From positions 72,620-136,619 of the forward strand of contig CALXPU010000001.1 in the NCBI GenBank assembly GCA_944390455.1: DNA of 64,000 nucleotides. Reading direction: 5' to 3'. The position numbers and the translations under genes were made by a program. The notes beneath the pieces were generated by a model. It saw only the letters and a list, made by a program, of their open reading frames with translations, ran no database searches and was not told where the DNA came from. The first letter of the stretch is position 1, and every line of letters starts with the position of its first letter. Shown one piece after another: positions 28,301 to 37,563 of this stretch. The stretch comes from an uncultured Alphaproteobacteria bacterium. Its GTDB lineage: Bacteria; Pseudomonadota; Alphaproteobacteria; RF32; CAG-239.

Positions 28301-28319
28301 CTTTTATTTTGTAATTTTG

Positions 28320-29573
28320 CTATTGCAAAATCAATAACCCGTGCTTCTTTTTACCTTGAGAAAGTTTTATATTACCATTTTCAATATCTGCTTCGGTAAT
28401 AACATAATTCTCATCTGTAATCACTTTATCATTTAATTTTAATCCGGATTGTTTAATTAAGCGGCGAGCTTCTCCTTTACTTGAAACAAAACCCAAAGCA
28501 AGAAAAGCATCTAAAACCCCCATACCAGCCTTTGAACCTTTTACTGTTGGCAAATCATCACCGGCAATACCTTTTTCAAAGGTTTGGATGGCTGTTTCTT
28601 GTGCTGCTTTAGCCTCAGCCTCACCTCTACAGATTTTAGTTGCTTCAAACGCCAATATCTTTTTGGCTTCATTTATTTCTCTATCGCGTAAAACCTCAAG
28701 ACGGCGAACTTCGTCCATTGGTAAATCTGTAAAGATGCGTAAACATTTACCAACTTCAGCATCTCCTATATTGCGAAAATATTGATAATAATCATAAGCA
28801 GGTAATTTGTCTTCATTTATCCAAACAGCATTACCTTCAGATTTCCCCATTTTTTTACCTGCGGAATCGGTTATTATCGGGCTGGTGAAACCAAATAATT
28901 CAGTATCATAACGACGGCGACCTAATTCTGTTCCGGAAACAATATTTCCCCATTGGTCAGCACCTGCAATTTGTGCTCGACATCCGTATTTTTGTAGCAA
29001 TACGCAAAAATCATAGCCTTGAAGCAACATATAGTTGAACTCAAGAAAAGACATTGGTTGTTCACGTTCCAAGCGGCTCTTTACACTATCCATTGTCAAC
29101 ATTCTGTTTACAGAATAGCAAGTTCCTATATCTCTTAAAAATTCCAAGTAATTTATGTCTTTAAACCAATCATAGTTATCAACCATTAAAGCATCATTTT
29201 TACCGTCTCCGAACTTCAAAAACTTCATAAATGATTTTTTTAGTCCTTCAACATTATGAGCTAATGTTTCTTCACTTAAAAATGGACGTAATTTGTCTTT
29301 ACCAGATGGATCTCCTATGCGTGCTGTTGCTCCGCCCACCAATGTTAATGGTTTATGTCCGCACTTTTGAAACCAGCGCAACATCATTAACGGAACAATG
29401 TGTCCTACGTGCAAGCTGTCTCCGGTCGGATCAGACCCCAAATATCCCACAGCTGGGATACCTTTTTTCTCACAATCAGCCAAGTACTCATCAAAACCTT
29501 CTTCGTTTGTACATTGATTGTAGAAACCTCTTTCGTGCATTATATTCAAAAATTCTGATTTAAAACTTGTCAT
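28320..29573 (-). CDS. tyrS: tyrosine--tRNA ligase
   Basis: HIGH motif (PTGDSLHVGH), KMSKS variant KMGKS, C-terminal S4-like domain. Confidence 0.93.
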   Translation of the reverse strand: MTSFKSEFLNIMHERGFYNQCTNEEGFDEYLADCEKKGIPAVGYLGSDPTGDSLHVGHIVPLMMLRWFQKCGHKPLTLVGGATARIGDPSGKDKLRPFLSEETLAHNVEGLKKSFMKFLKFGDGKNDALMVDNYDWFKDINYLEFLRDIGTCYSVNRMLTMDSVKSRLEREQPMSFLEFNYMLLQGYDFCVLLQKYGCRAQIAGADQWGNIVSGTELGRRRYDTELFGFTSPIITDSAGKKMGKSEGNAVWINEDKLPAYDYYQYFRNIGDAEVGKCLRIFTDLPMDEVRRLEVLRDREINEAKKILAFEATKICRGEAEAKAAQETAIQTFEKGIAGDDLPTVKGSKAGMGVLDAFLALGFVSSKGEARRLIKQSGLKLNDKVITDENYVITEADIENGNIKLSQGKKKHGLLILQ

Positions 29574-29652
29574 TTTTACTTCCTTATTACTAAATTTTGA
29601 GTCATATTAGCATAATAATTTGATATTGCAATTATATTAGAAGGTTTTTCTT

Positions 29653-30753
29653 ATGCTTATTAGAAGCTTAAATTGTCTGGGTTTGATGGGGACATCTACT
29701 TTTGGAGGGGTAGAACTCGCACTTATAAAAACTGATGGTATTGATATTATTGAGCGTAAAAAAGCTTATGTTGTTCCCTATCCTGATTATTTGAAAGATC
29801 TTATTAAATCTGTTTATGGACTACAGCGAAATACTCCAGAAAACGAAGAAAAACTTAAAGCTGTTGATACTGAGGTTTCTGATTTTTACATTCAGCTTAT
29901 TAATGATTTCAAAAAAGATTGTGATGAAAATATTGATCTTGTCGGTATTGATGGATTAACAATTCTTCATAATCCTAATATTCCTTACACCTATCAATTA
30001 GGTAATGGACGTTATATTGCCTCTAAAATAGGAATTAAAGTTGTTACACACTTCCGCAATGCTGACATTTGTAGTAGCGGACAGGGAACCCCTATTTCTT
30101 CTAGCTATTTTAACGCTGTTTCTGTTGATGAAATTAAACCTGTCGCTTATATTAACATTAGCGGTAAATCTAGTATCACTTGGATTGGCTCTTTTGGAGA
30201 ATTTGTTGGATTTGATTGTGGTCCTGGTGATAATTTCATCAATGATTGGACAGCAAAACATGCCCATATGGAAAATGATTATAATGGTCGTTTGGCTATT
30301 TTAGGAAAAGTACACGAAAAAATTGTAAACTCTTTGATGCATCATAAATTTTTTGCTAAATTTCCACCTAAAGCCGCTTATACCGGTATTTTTGCTGATA
30401 AAGCAGAACATCTTGAAGGACTTTCTTTAGAAGATGGAGCTGCCACGGCAACCGCATTTGTCGCTGAAGCTATTTGTTATTCTATTTGCCTTTATCTTCC
30501 GGAATTACCTAAACGTGTGGTTATCTGCGGTAAAGGAGCCGCAAATCCGACCTTGGTTCGTTTTATTAGGCAACGTCTTCCTAACATAGACGTTGTTGTC
30601 AGCAAAGAAGTAGATATTCCTGTTGATACTGTTAATGCAGAAATTAGTGCTTTTTTAAGTGCTAGAACATTATACTCATTACCGATAACTTTTCCATCAA
30701 CAACCGGTGTGGCTCAACCTATGCCCGGAGGAGAAATTTATGAAGCAAACTAA
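29653..30753 (+). CDS. anmK: anhydro-N-acetylmuramic acid kinase
   Basis: N-terminus LGLMGTSTFGGVELALI aligns to the AnmK signature (GxMSGTSxDGxDxAL), with ASKEL-type sugar kinase/Hsp70/actin fold motifs. Confidence 0.82.
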   Translation: MLIRSLNCLGLMGTSTFGGVELALIKTDGIDIIERKKAYVVPYPDYLKDLIKSVYGLQRNTPENEEKLKAVDTEVSDFYIQLINDFKKDCDENIDLVGIDGLTILHNPNIPYTYQLGNGRYIASKIGIKVVTHFRNADICSSGQGTPISSSYFNAVSVDEIKPVAYINISGKSSITWIGSFGEFVGFDCGPGDNFINDWTAKHAHMENDYNGRLAILGKVHEKIVNSLMHHKFFAKFPPKAAYTGIFADKAEHLEGLSLEDGAATATAFVAEAICYSICLYLPELPKRVVICGKGAANPTLVRFIRQRLPNIDVVVSKEVDIPVDTVNAEISAFLSARTLYSLPITFPSTTGVAQPMPGGEIYEAN

Positions 30754-31531
30754 AAAATCTCAAAATCTAACTTGTTCTATTTCTTTAGAAAATATTTCTA
30801 AACAATATGACGAAACTGTTGCTGTTGATAGTGTTTCTTTCCAAACTTTTCCAGGAGAAGTCATTGCTCTTTTGGGACCTAATGGTGCTGGTAAGTCCAC
30901 TTTAATGAACATGATATCCGGCTTTTTAGCCCCCTCTTCCGGTCGTATTATGGTTAATGGCAAAGATGTTGAATCTGATAGTATTGAAACTAAAAAAGAC
31001 ATTGGTTTCTTGCCGGAAGGTGCACCAATGTATGCAGATATGTCTGTATCTTTATTTTTGAAATATATGATTGAACTTAAGCTTAATCTTGTGGAATCTG
31101 AGCAAATTTCTAAAGCGCAAATTAAACAAACATATCTTGATGAATTTAGTCGCATTGTTAATCTTGCGAAGATTGCAGATGTTTTGCATAAGAAAATTGA
31201 AACTCTTTCCAAAGGATATTTAAGACGTGTTGGTTTTGCACAAAGTATTATTGGAAATCCGCCTATTTTACTTTTAGACGAACCTACTGATGGTCTTGAT
31301 CCTAATCAGAAAGAACATATGAGAAGTTTGATTAAAGATATGAGTAAGAATAAAACTATTCTTATTTCTACACATCTTCTTGATGAGGCAGAAACTATCG
31401 CTTCTAGAATTATTTTGATTGATAAAGGAAAAATTGTGGCTGACGGAGATGTAAATTCTATCTTGAAGTTTGCTAAAAAAGATAATCTTTCAGACGCTTT
31501 TCGTGTTCTTACGCATACGGAGGATAACTAA
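30740..31531 (+). CDS. ABC transporter ATP-binding protein (GldA-like)
   Basis: Walker A GPNGAGKST, signature LSKGYLRRVGFAQS, Walker B ILLLDEPTDGLD. GGAGGA RBS. Overlaps the anmK 3' end. Confidence 0.85.
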   Translation: MKQTKKSQNLTCSISLENISKQYDETVAVDSVSFQTFPGEVIALLGPNGAGKSTLMNMISGFLAPSSGRIMVNGKDVESDSIETKKDIGFLPEGAPMYADMSVSLFLKYMIELKLNLVESEQISKAQIKQTYLDEFSRIVNLAKIADVLHKKIETLSKGYLRRVGFAQSIIGNPPILLLDEPTDGLDPNQKEHMRSLIKDMSKNKTILISTHLLDEAETIASRIILIDKGKIVADGDVNSILKFAKKDNLSDAFRVLTHTEDN

Positions 31532-34500
31532 TGAATAGCATTAAAACTATTATACGTTATGAACTAATTCGGTATTTTTTATCTCCATTAGCTTATGTTT
31601 ATCTTGTTAGCTTTTTGCTTTTGAGTGGTTCTTGTGCTATTTATTTTGGGCATTTCTTTGTAGATGGAAATGCTATTTTATGGGGACTGTTTGATTATCA
31701 ACCTTGGATATATCTCCTTTTTATTCCGGGTATTGCTATGCGGTCTTGGGCCGAAGAATTTCGCTCCAAAAGTATTGTGCAGATATTAACAACTCCGGTT
31801 TCTATTACTAATTTAGTATGGGGAAAGTTTTTAGCATCATGGCTTTTTGCTATTTTTGCGATCTTGTTGACCTTTCCATTTTGGATTACTGTCAATATTT
31901 TAGGAAATCCTGATAATACGGTTATTTTTATTAGCTATATCGGGTGCTTTATTCTTGCAGGAGCAATGCTTGCTATCTCTCAAACAATGTCTGCCCTTAC
32001 GAAAAGCCCTGTTATAGCCCTTGTTTTAGCCGTTTTTGTAAATCTTCTCTTTTTCTGGAGCGGATTTGATTATGTTTTGTTCTGGGCTAGAGAACTTTTT
32101 AATGATGTTATTGTTGATACAATTGTTTCTTTTAGCTTTTTATCCCATTTTGCTTCTTTAAGCAGAGGGCTCGTTGAGTTAAGAGATTTGATTTTCTTTG
32201 CTTCATTAATTGTTTTCTTTAATTTAATAACTATTGCGGTAATAAGCTTAAAAACTAAAGGCTCTTCAGGTTTAATTTCTTCCTCTAGTCTGAAACATAG
32301 TTCTTTAGTTCTTATTCTCCTATTTATTGGTTTCTTTGCAGTTAATATTATTGCGAATAATATCTTTAGACAGATTAGTTATGATTTTACTGAAGATAAA
32401 TATTTGAGTTTAACAAAAAATACTAAAGATATTTTGAGGAAATTAGATCGTCCAATAACTGCAAAATTGTATTATTCACCAATTCTTGGACAGCGAAATC
32501 CAGAAATACGACAGATATTTGATCGTATCAAACTTATGTTAAAGCAATATAAAACTTATTCTAATGGAAAGTTTGATTATAAAATTTATACGCCTTCCTT
32601 TTTAGATAAAAATGAGGACAGAGCCTTGGCTGAAGGGCTACAGCCAATCCCTCTTATAGATATTAATCAAAATGCTTTGTTTGGGATAAGCTTCTCCGAT
32701 ACCTTGATGAATAAAGCGGTTATTCCGTTCTTTTCAATAGAGCGTTTGCCATTTTTAGAGCAAGACCTAACAACAAACATTTATAAAATGCAGCATAAAA
32801 AGAAATCTTTAGGAATATTGAGTTCTCTCCCTCTTCAAGGTAATGTACGTCAAGATAACGTTCTTATGAATAAATGGGAGATTGTTAAATATCTTGAAGA
32901 TTTGTATGATGTTACCTTTATAGAATCTCCTGAAGATTTTAATCAGCAGTTTGATGTATTTATGTTAGTGCATCCTTACAGCCTTTCTGATGATATGATT
33001 GAAAAAATCAAACAGCAAAAAAAAGTTTTGCTCCTTATGGATGTTGCTGATGACGCATCTAGACTTTATTCTCCCATGGGAGGACAATTTCTTACTTCTG
33101 ATTTAGGTGCTCTTTCAGATTATTGGGGTATTCAATTTTATGATTTAGGGGTTGCTGCAGACTTTGATAATTCAATTATGGTAGATGAAACTGTTAATTA
33201 TAAAACAAATCCCTCTTTTACGCAGGATTTATTACAATTTAAGGTTACCCCTGATGATTTTAACCCGAATCACCGCACCACATTTAAACTGAACAGTATA
33301 TTATTCTCATCTGCATCTATGGTTATGCCTAAAGAAGGCGCTGATGTCTTGTATTTCCCTTTAATCAAGACCAGTCAAAACTCAGCTTTGATGAATGTTC
33401 TGTTGGCTAAAAAAAGTAAAACTCCACGAGAAGTTTTAGCTCAATTTACCCCAGGAAATTCCGTTATTGTTATAGCAGCAGAGTTTTTGAGTAATGATCC
33501 TAATAAGCCTTTTGATATTATAGCTGTTGGAGATACTGATTTTATATATGATAATTTTTGGTCTCGCGAATCTAAATTTTTGGATACAACGTATCATATT
33601 CCGTTATTTGATAGCGCTAATTTTATTCTTAATGCATTGGATTATTTAACCGGTAATGATGATTTGATTACCTTAAGAGGTAAAACTGCTAAACGCAGAC
33701 CTCTTTATCGCGTTGATAATATGCGCAAAATGAATTTATATCGGTATAAACTTAAAGAAAACGATATTTTTAATGCTATTGATGCAGCTAAGCAAAGTTT
33801 ACTTGAAGTTGTTGCTAAGAAAAATTTTGAAGAAAGAGATACGTTTAGTTCTGATGAATTAGCTGTAATTGGTAATATTCGCTCGGAAATTAATAATTTA
33901 CGACAAGAATTAAGCTCTTTAAAACTTAATGCTAATCAAGATATTGCTCAGCTTGATGTAAAAGTAAAATTCTTCAATATTTATTTTATTGCTACCTTGA
34001 TTATTTTTGCGGTTATTTTGTTTAACCTCTACAAAAGAAAAGATATGCTGCACAAAGTAACTGATATATTTTACTTTGATAAAAATTTATTGAAATTAGC
34101 CTTAACTGTTGCGGCTATTGTTGCTTGTGCTTTGTTTAGTGTGTATTTAGAAAATAAAAATAGTATTTCTGAATATGAAGATGTTTCAGTCTTTAAGGAT
34201 TTTAATCAGAAACTTAATGATATTACGACTGTAAAACTTCAGAGCACAGATACAACATTAACTTTTGAAAAAATTGATGGAATATGGGTACTTAAAGAGC
34301 ATCCAGATTTACCTGTCTATCAAGAGAGAATTAGGCGTTTTCTCATCACTATAAGCACAATGACATACTATGAGAAAAAATCAGATAAAGTAGCTGATAT
34401 GCGATATTTCGGATTTTCTCCTTTAGAAAATAAAGCTTCTCCAATGATTTCTGTTGAACTTAATAATAAGACCGGAGAAGAAATTGCTGCTTTTGATATT

Positions 34501-34980
34501 GGTTGGTATGATATTGATTTAGGAAGAGGGTCTAAATCAGCATTTATTCGATTGAAAAATAAATTCCAAGTTTGGTTAGTTGAGGCTGACTTTTATGATT
34601 TATCCTTGGATGTTAAAAATTGGACTTACAGTAGTTTGTGGAATTTACGTTTTGGGCGCTTAATTAGTTTTAATGACATATCTACCGACCAAGAGGTTAT
34701 GAACTTAGCCAAAACGCTTTTAAACTCATATTATACGGATATTGAAGAAAAAAGCAAAGCAAGCAAATTAGCATCCGTACAAATTAAAGCTGAGTATAAT
34801 AATCTCTTAGATATTGTTTTTTACAAATCTTCCGACGATAAATATTTTATTGAATATGTTTTCTTAACTCAACCATATGGAAAACATTTGATGTTTTTTG
34901 AAAAATACGTACGTGGAAAATTTTTACAAATATCTAAAGAAGTTTGGGAAGAGATAAAAAATGTTACAAAGTCAAAATGA
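31531..34980 (+). CDS. fused ABC-2 permease (GldF-like) + GldG-like auxiliary component + DUF4340-like C-terminal region, 1149 aa
   Basis: aa 1-240: six-TM ABC-2 permease. aa ~250-820: large extracytoplasmic domain bounded by TM helices, resembling ABC_transp_aux/GldG. aa ~830-1149: C-terminal region resembling the DUF4340 proteins usually encoded separately after gldG. Start codon overlaps the ATPase stop (ATGA). Confidence 0.6.
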   Translation: MNSIKTIIRYELIRYFLSPLAYVYLVSFLLLSGSCAIYFGHFFVDGNAILWGLFDYQPWIYLLFIPGIAMRSWAEEFRSKSIVQILTTPVSITNLVWGKFLASWLFAIFAILLTFPFWITVNILGNPDNTVIFISYIGCFILAGAMLAISQTMSALTKSPVIALVLAVFVNLLFFWSGFDYVLFWARELFNDVIVDTIVSFSFLSHFASLSRGLVELRDLIFFASLIVFFNLITIAVISLKTKGSSGLISSSSLKHSSLVLILLFIGFFAVNIIANNIFRQISYDFTEDKYLSLTKNTKDILRKLDRPITAKLYYSPILGQRNPEIRQIFDRIKLMLKQYKTYSNGKFDYKIYTPSFLDKNEDRALAEGLQPIPLIDINQNALFGISFSDTLMNKAVIPFFSIERLPFLEQDLTTNIYKMQHKKKSLGILSSLPLQGNVRQDNVLMNKWEIVKYLEDLYDVTFIESPEDFNQQFDVFMLVHPYSLSDDMIEKIKQQKKVLLLMDVADDASRLYSPMGGQFLTSDLGALSDYWGIQFYDLGVAADFDNSIMVDETVNYKTNPSFTQDLLQFKVTPDDFNPNHRTTFKLNSILFSSASMVMPKEGADVLYFPLIKTSQNSALMNVLLAKKSKTPREVLAQFTPGNSVIVIAAEFLSNDPNKPFDIIAVGDTDFIYDNFWSRESKFLDTTYHIPLFDSANFILNALDYLTGNDDLITLRGKTAKRRPLYRVDNMRKMNLYRYKLKENDIFNAIDAAKQSLLEVVAKKNFEERDTFSSDELAVIGNIRSEINNLRQELSSLKLNANQDIAQLDVKVKFFNIYFIATLIIFAVILFNLYKRKDMLHKVTDIFYFDKNLLKLALTVAAIVACALFSVYLENKNSISEYEDVSVFKDFNQKLNDITTVKLQSTDTTLTFEKIDGIWVLKEHPDLPVYQERIRRFLITISTMTYYEKKSDKVADMRYFGFSPLENKASPMISVELNNKTGEEIAAFDIGWYDIDLGRGSKSAFIRLKNKFQVWLVEADFYDLSLDVKNWTYSSLWNLRFGRLISFNDISTDQEVMNLAKTLLNSYYTDIEEKSKASKLASVQIKAEYNNLLDIVFYKSSDDKYFIEYVFLTQPYGKHLMFFEKYVRGKFLQISKEVWEEIKNVTKSK

Positions 34981-35884
34981 TAATTTTTTGAAAAAATCAG
35001 CAGCTGTTGCCGGAGTTTCTTTGGCTATTATGCTTATCTGTCTGAAATTTTTTGCTTTCTTAAAAACAGATTCCTTGGCAATATTTTCATCATTGGCAGA
35101 CAGTGTAACGGACTTATTTGCTTCAATGGTATCTTTTATTGCTGTTTATTTTTCAACTAAACCAGCATCCAAAAACCATCGTTATGGGTATGGTAAGACA
35201 GAAGCTTTGAGTGCCTTTTTACAAGCGATTTTTGTTGGAGCTTCTGGTGTATTTGTTATTGTTGATGGTATTAAAAGACTTATCTCCCCTGTGACTATAG
35301 AAAAAACAGATGTTGGTATTTTTATTATGTTATTCAGCATTTTTGCAACAGTCATCTTAGTTCTTTTTCAGACTTACGTAGCTAACAAAACTAATTCTTT
35401 GGCAATTAAAGCTGACAGAGCTCACTATACCGTAGATTTTTTAACTAACTCTGCTGTTGTTATTTCATTATTAATGGTTCATTTTTTTGGTTTTGTTTAT
35501 TTTGACGTTATCGCTGCTTTATTTATATCTGTTTACTTACTTTACAATGCTTATGAATTAGCGTCTGAGGCTATTGAACAGATTACAGATAAAGAATTGT
35601 CACCTGAAATTCGTCAAAAGATTCAGGATATTGTAAGCAAAAGTCAAGGAATTCATGGTATGCATGACCTAAGAACGCGAAGCCTTGGCGATATTTATTG
35701 CATTGAACTTCATCTGGAAATAGATGGGAAAATATCCTTGTTTGAGGCCCACGAATATGCAGATGCCGTTGAGCATAAAATTATGAAAGAATTTCCAGGC
35801 TGTCAGGTTATTATCCATCAAGATCCATATGGAATTCATGAAGATCGTTTGGATCATCAAATTGAAGGATCTTGCCAGCTTTAA
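34961..35884 (+). CDS. cation diffusion facilitator family transporter (FieF/CzcD-like)
   Basis: Six TM helices with HxxxD-like sites (ADSVTDLF, YTVDFLTNS). C-terminal cytoplasmic domain with His-rich end HQDPYGIHEDRLDHQIEG. Confidence 0.8.
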   Translation: MLQSQNDNFLKKSAAVAGVSLAIMLICLKFFAFLKTDSLAIFSSLADSVTDLFASMVSFIAVYFSTKPASKNHRYGYGKTEALSAFLQAIFVGASGVFVIVDGIKRLISPVTIEKTDVGIFIMLFSIFATVILVLFQTYVANKTNSLAIKADRAHYTVDFLTNSAVVISLLMVHFFGFVYFDVIAALFISVYLLYNAYELASEAIEQITDKELSPEIRQKIQDIVSKSQGIHGMHDLRTRSLGDIYCIELHLEIDGKISLFEAHEYADAVEHKIMKEFPGCQVIIHQDPYGIHEDRLDHQIEGSCQL

Positions 35885-36957
35885 TTCTTTTGTTCTTGAT
35901 TCTTTTTAGATTTTAGCTGTCCGCAAGCGGCTAGTATGTCTTGCCCTCTAGCGACTCTTATAGGTGCTGCAAAGCCGGCTTTTTCCAATATTTGAGAAAA
36001 AGCTTCAACATCTTTGCGGTCACTAGGAGCAAATCCGCATCCTGGCCAAGGATTAAATGGTATCAAGTTAAATAAGGCTCGTATTTTATATTTCTTTAAT
36101 AGAGCTATTAATTCTTGAGCGTGTTCAGGTTTATCATTAATATCTTTCAGCAATAAATATTCAAACGTAATATATCGACTATGATCTCCTTTTTGATATT
36201 CTGAACAAGCTTTCATTACTTCTTCAATGCGAAATTTATCATTTATAGGCATAATCTGAGATCTAATTTGATTATTTGGCGCATGAAGTGATATTGCTAA
36301 TCGTACTCCTGTTTTTTGCATAGCTTCAACAATTCTTGGGGCAATTCCAGACGTTGACATTGTTACGCGACGTCTGGATATACCAATTCCTTCACAATCA
36401 GTAATTATATTTAGAGCCTTTACTACATTATCCAAATTATTTAACGGCTCACCCATTCCCATAACCACAATATTTGACAGATAGCGTGTTTCATCTGTCG
36501 GACTCGGCCATTCACCATATGCATCTCTAGCTACCATAAACTGTCCAACAATTTCGCCGACTGTCAAATTTCTTGTAAACTTTTGGCTTCCTGTGTGGCA
36601 AAAACGGCATCCCATGGCGCATCCCACTTGTGTTGATATGCATACAGCCCCCCTATCCTTTTCCGGTATATATACCATTTCGACGCGTTCTTTATCATTA
36701 AATTCCAAAAGCCATTTATGGGTTTTATCAACGGATACTTGCTCAGCAACAATTTTAGGGCGTGTTATGGAATATTTTTCTTGCAAAATATTCCTTAGAT
36801 TCAATGATAAGTTACTCATTTCATTGAAATCTGTTACTCCGCGAAAATATATCCACTGCCAAAGCTGTTTAGCTCTGAATTTTTTCTCGCCTAACTTCTC
36901 TATTTCTTCGTATAATTCTTCTTTACTTAAATTTGTTAGTTCAATCTTTTCTGTCAT
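35881..36957 (-). CDS. rlmN: 23S rRNA/tRNA m2A methyltransferase RlmN (radical SAM)
   Basis: Radical-SAM motif CAMGCRFCHTG, MGMGEPL, and conserved C-terminal Cys. Confidence 0.92.
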   Translation of the reverse strand: MTEKIELTNLSKEELYEEIEKLGEKKFRAKQLWQWIYFRGVTDFNEMSNLSLNLRNILQEKYSITRPKIVAEQVSVDKTHKWLLEFNDKERVEMVYIPEKDRGAVCISTQVGCAMGCRFCHTGSQKFTRNLTVGEIVGQFMVARDAYGEWPSPTDETRYLSNIVVMGMGEPLNNLDNVVKALNIITDCEGIGISRRRVTMSTSGIAPRIVEAMQKTGVRLAISLHAPNNQIRSQIMPINDKFRIEEVMKACSEYQKGDHSRYITFEYLLLKDINDKPEHAQELIALLKKYKIRALFNLIPFNPWPGCGFAPSDRKDVEAFSQILEKAGFAAPIRVARGQDILAACGQLKSKKNQEQKN

Positions 36958-37461
36958 TTATTTACACTTTGCACTTATTGCTTTATACGCATTACTAAAA
37001 CCAGCTAAAGAATATGTATCTTTTGTTTTTGTTCCTCTTGATGAGGTTCCTTCAACAATCATTCTTTGACCTCTTTTCATTGCATCAACTAGCTTTTTAT
37101 CTGTTGAGGAATCTGGAGCCCAAGCATTGTCTCCATTTGTAAATAAATTGTTGAAAGCTGTTGTTCCTATTTTTACAACAACATTTGAACCTTTTTTGTA
37201 GTCATATCCTGCTACAAAGTTTACAACATTGTAGCTTTTATCTGCTGGTCTATGAGTTACAACAGCATAGATGTCGCCTCTTTTCTTATAATTTCCTTCA
37301 TCTTTTTTTGGGGTAGAAGCCATATAGCATACTAAATTTTTTCCTTCCTTATAAGAATAAGCGGTCCAATCTCCATATTCTCCTAGTTCTGTTGGAACAC
37401 TGCTTGCTTGAGCTGTTGCTGATAGCATTATTGATACAAATAAAATTACATACTTTTTCAT
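36958..37461 (-). CDS. ialB: invasion-associated locus B (IalB) family protein
   Basis: Signal peptide MKKYVILFVSIMLSATAQA, ~170 aa, with the conserved IalB W/Y pattern (YGDWTAYSY...LVCYMAS...). Start trimmed to the internal ATG at 37461. Confidence 0.75.
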   Translation of the reverse strand: MKKYVILFVSIMLSATAQASSVPTELGEYGDWTAYSYKEGKNLVCYMASTPKKDEGNYKKRGDIYAVVTHRPADKSYNVVNFVAGYDYKKGSNVVVKIGTTAFNNLFTNGDNAWAPDSSTDKKLVDAMKRGQRMIVEGTSSRGTKTKDTYSLAGFSNAYKAISAKCK

Positions 37462-37563
37462 GACATTATTTCCTAAAAAAAACAACTTTGTTATACTATA
37501 ATTAAGATATTTATAATAAACAATTAACAAGTTTTATAAAATCATAATACTAAAGGTCAAAAA

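Noticed and set aside
28281-28310. Palindrome GGCGGTATTAATACCGCC as the tyrS terminator
   Set aside because: On the tyrS (minus) strand the hairpin is not followed by a U-run. The T-run is on the plus side. It is better interpreted as part of the IS200-relic end or a plus-strand terminator.
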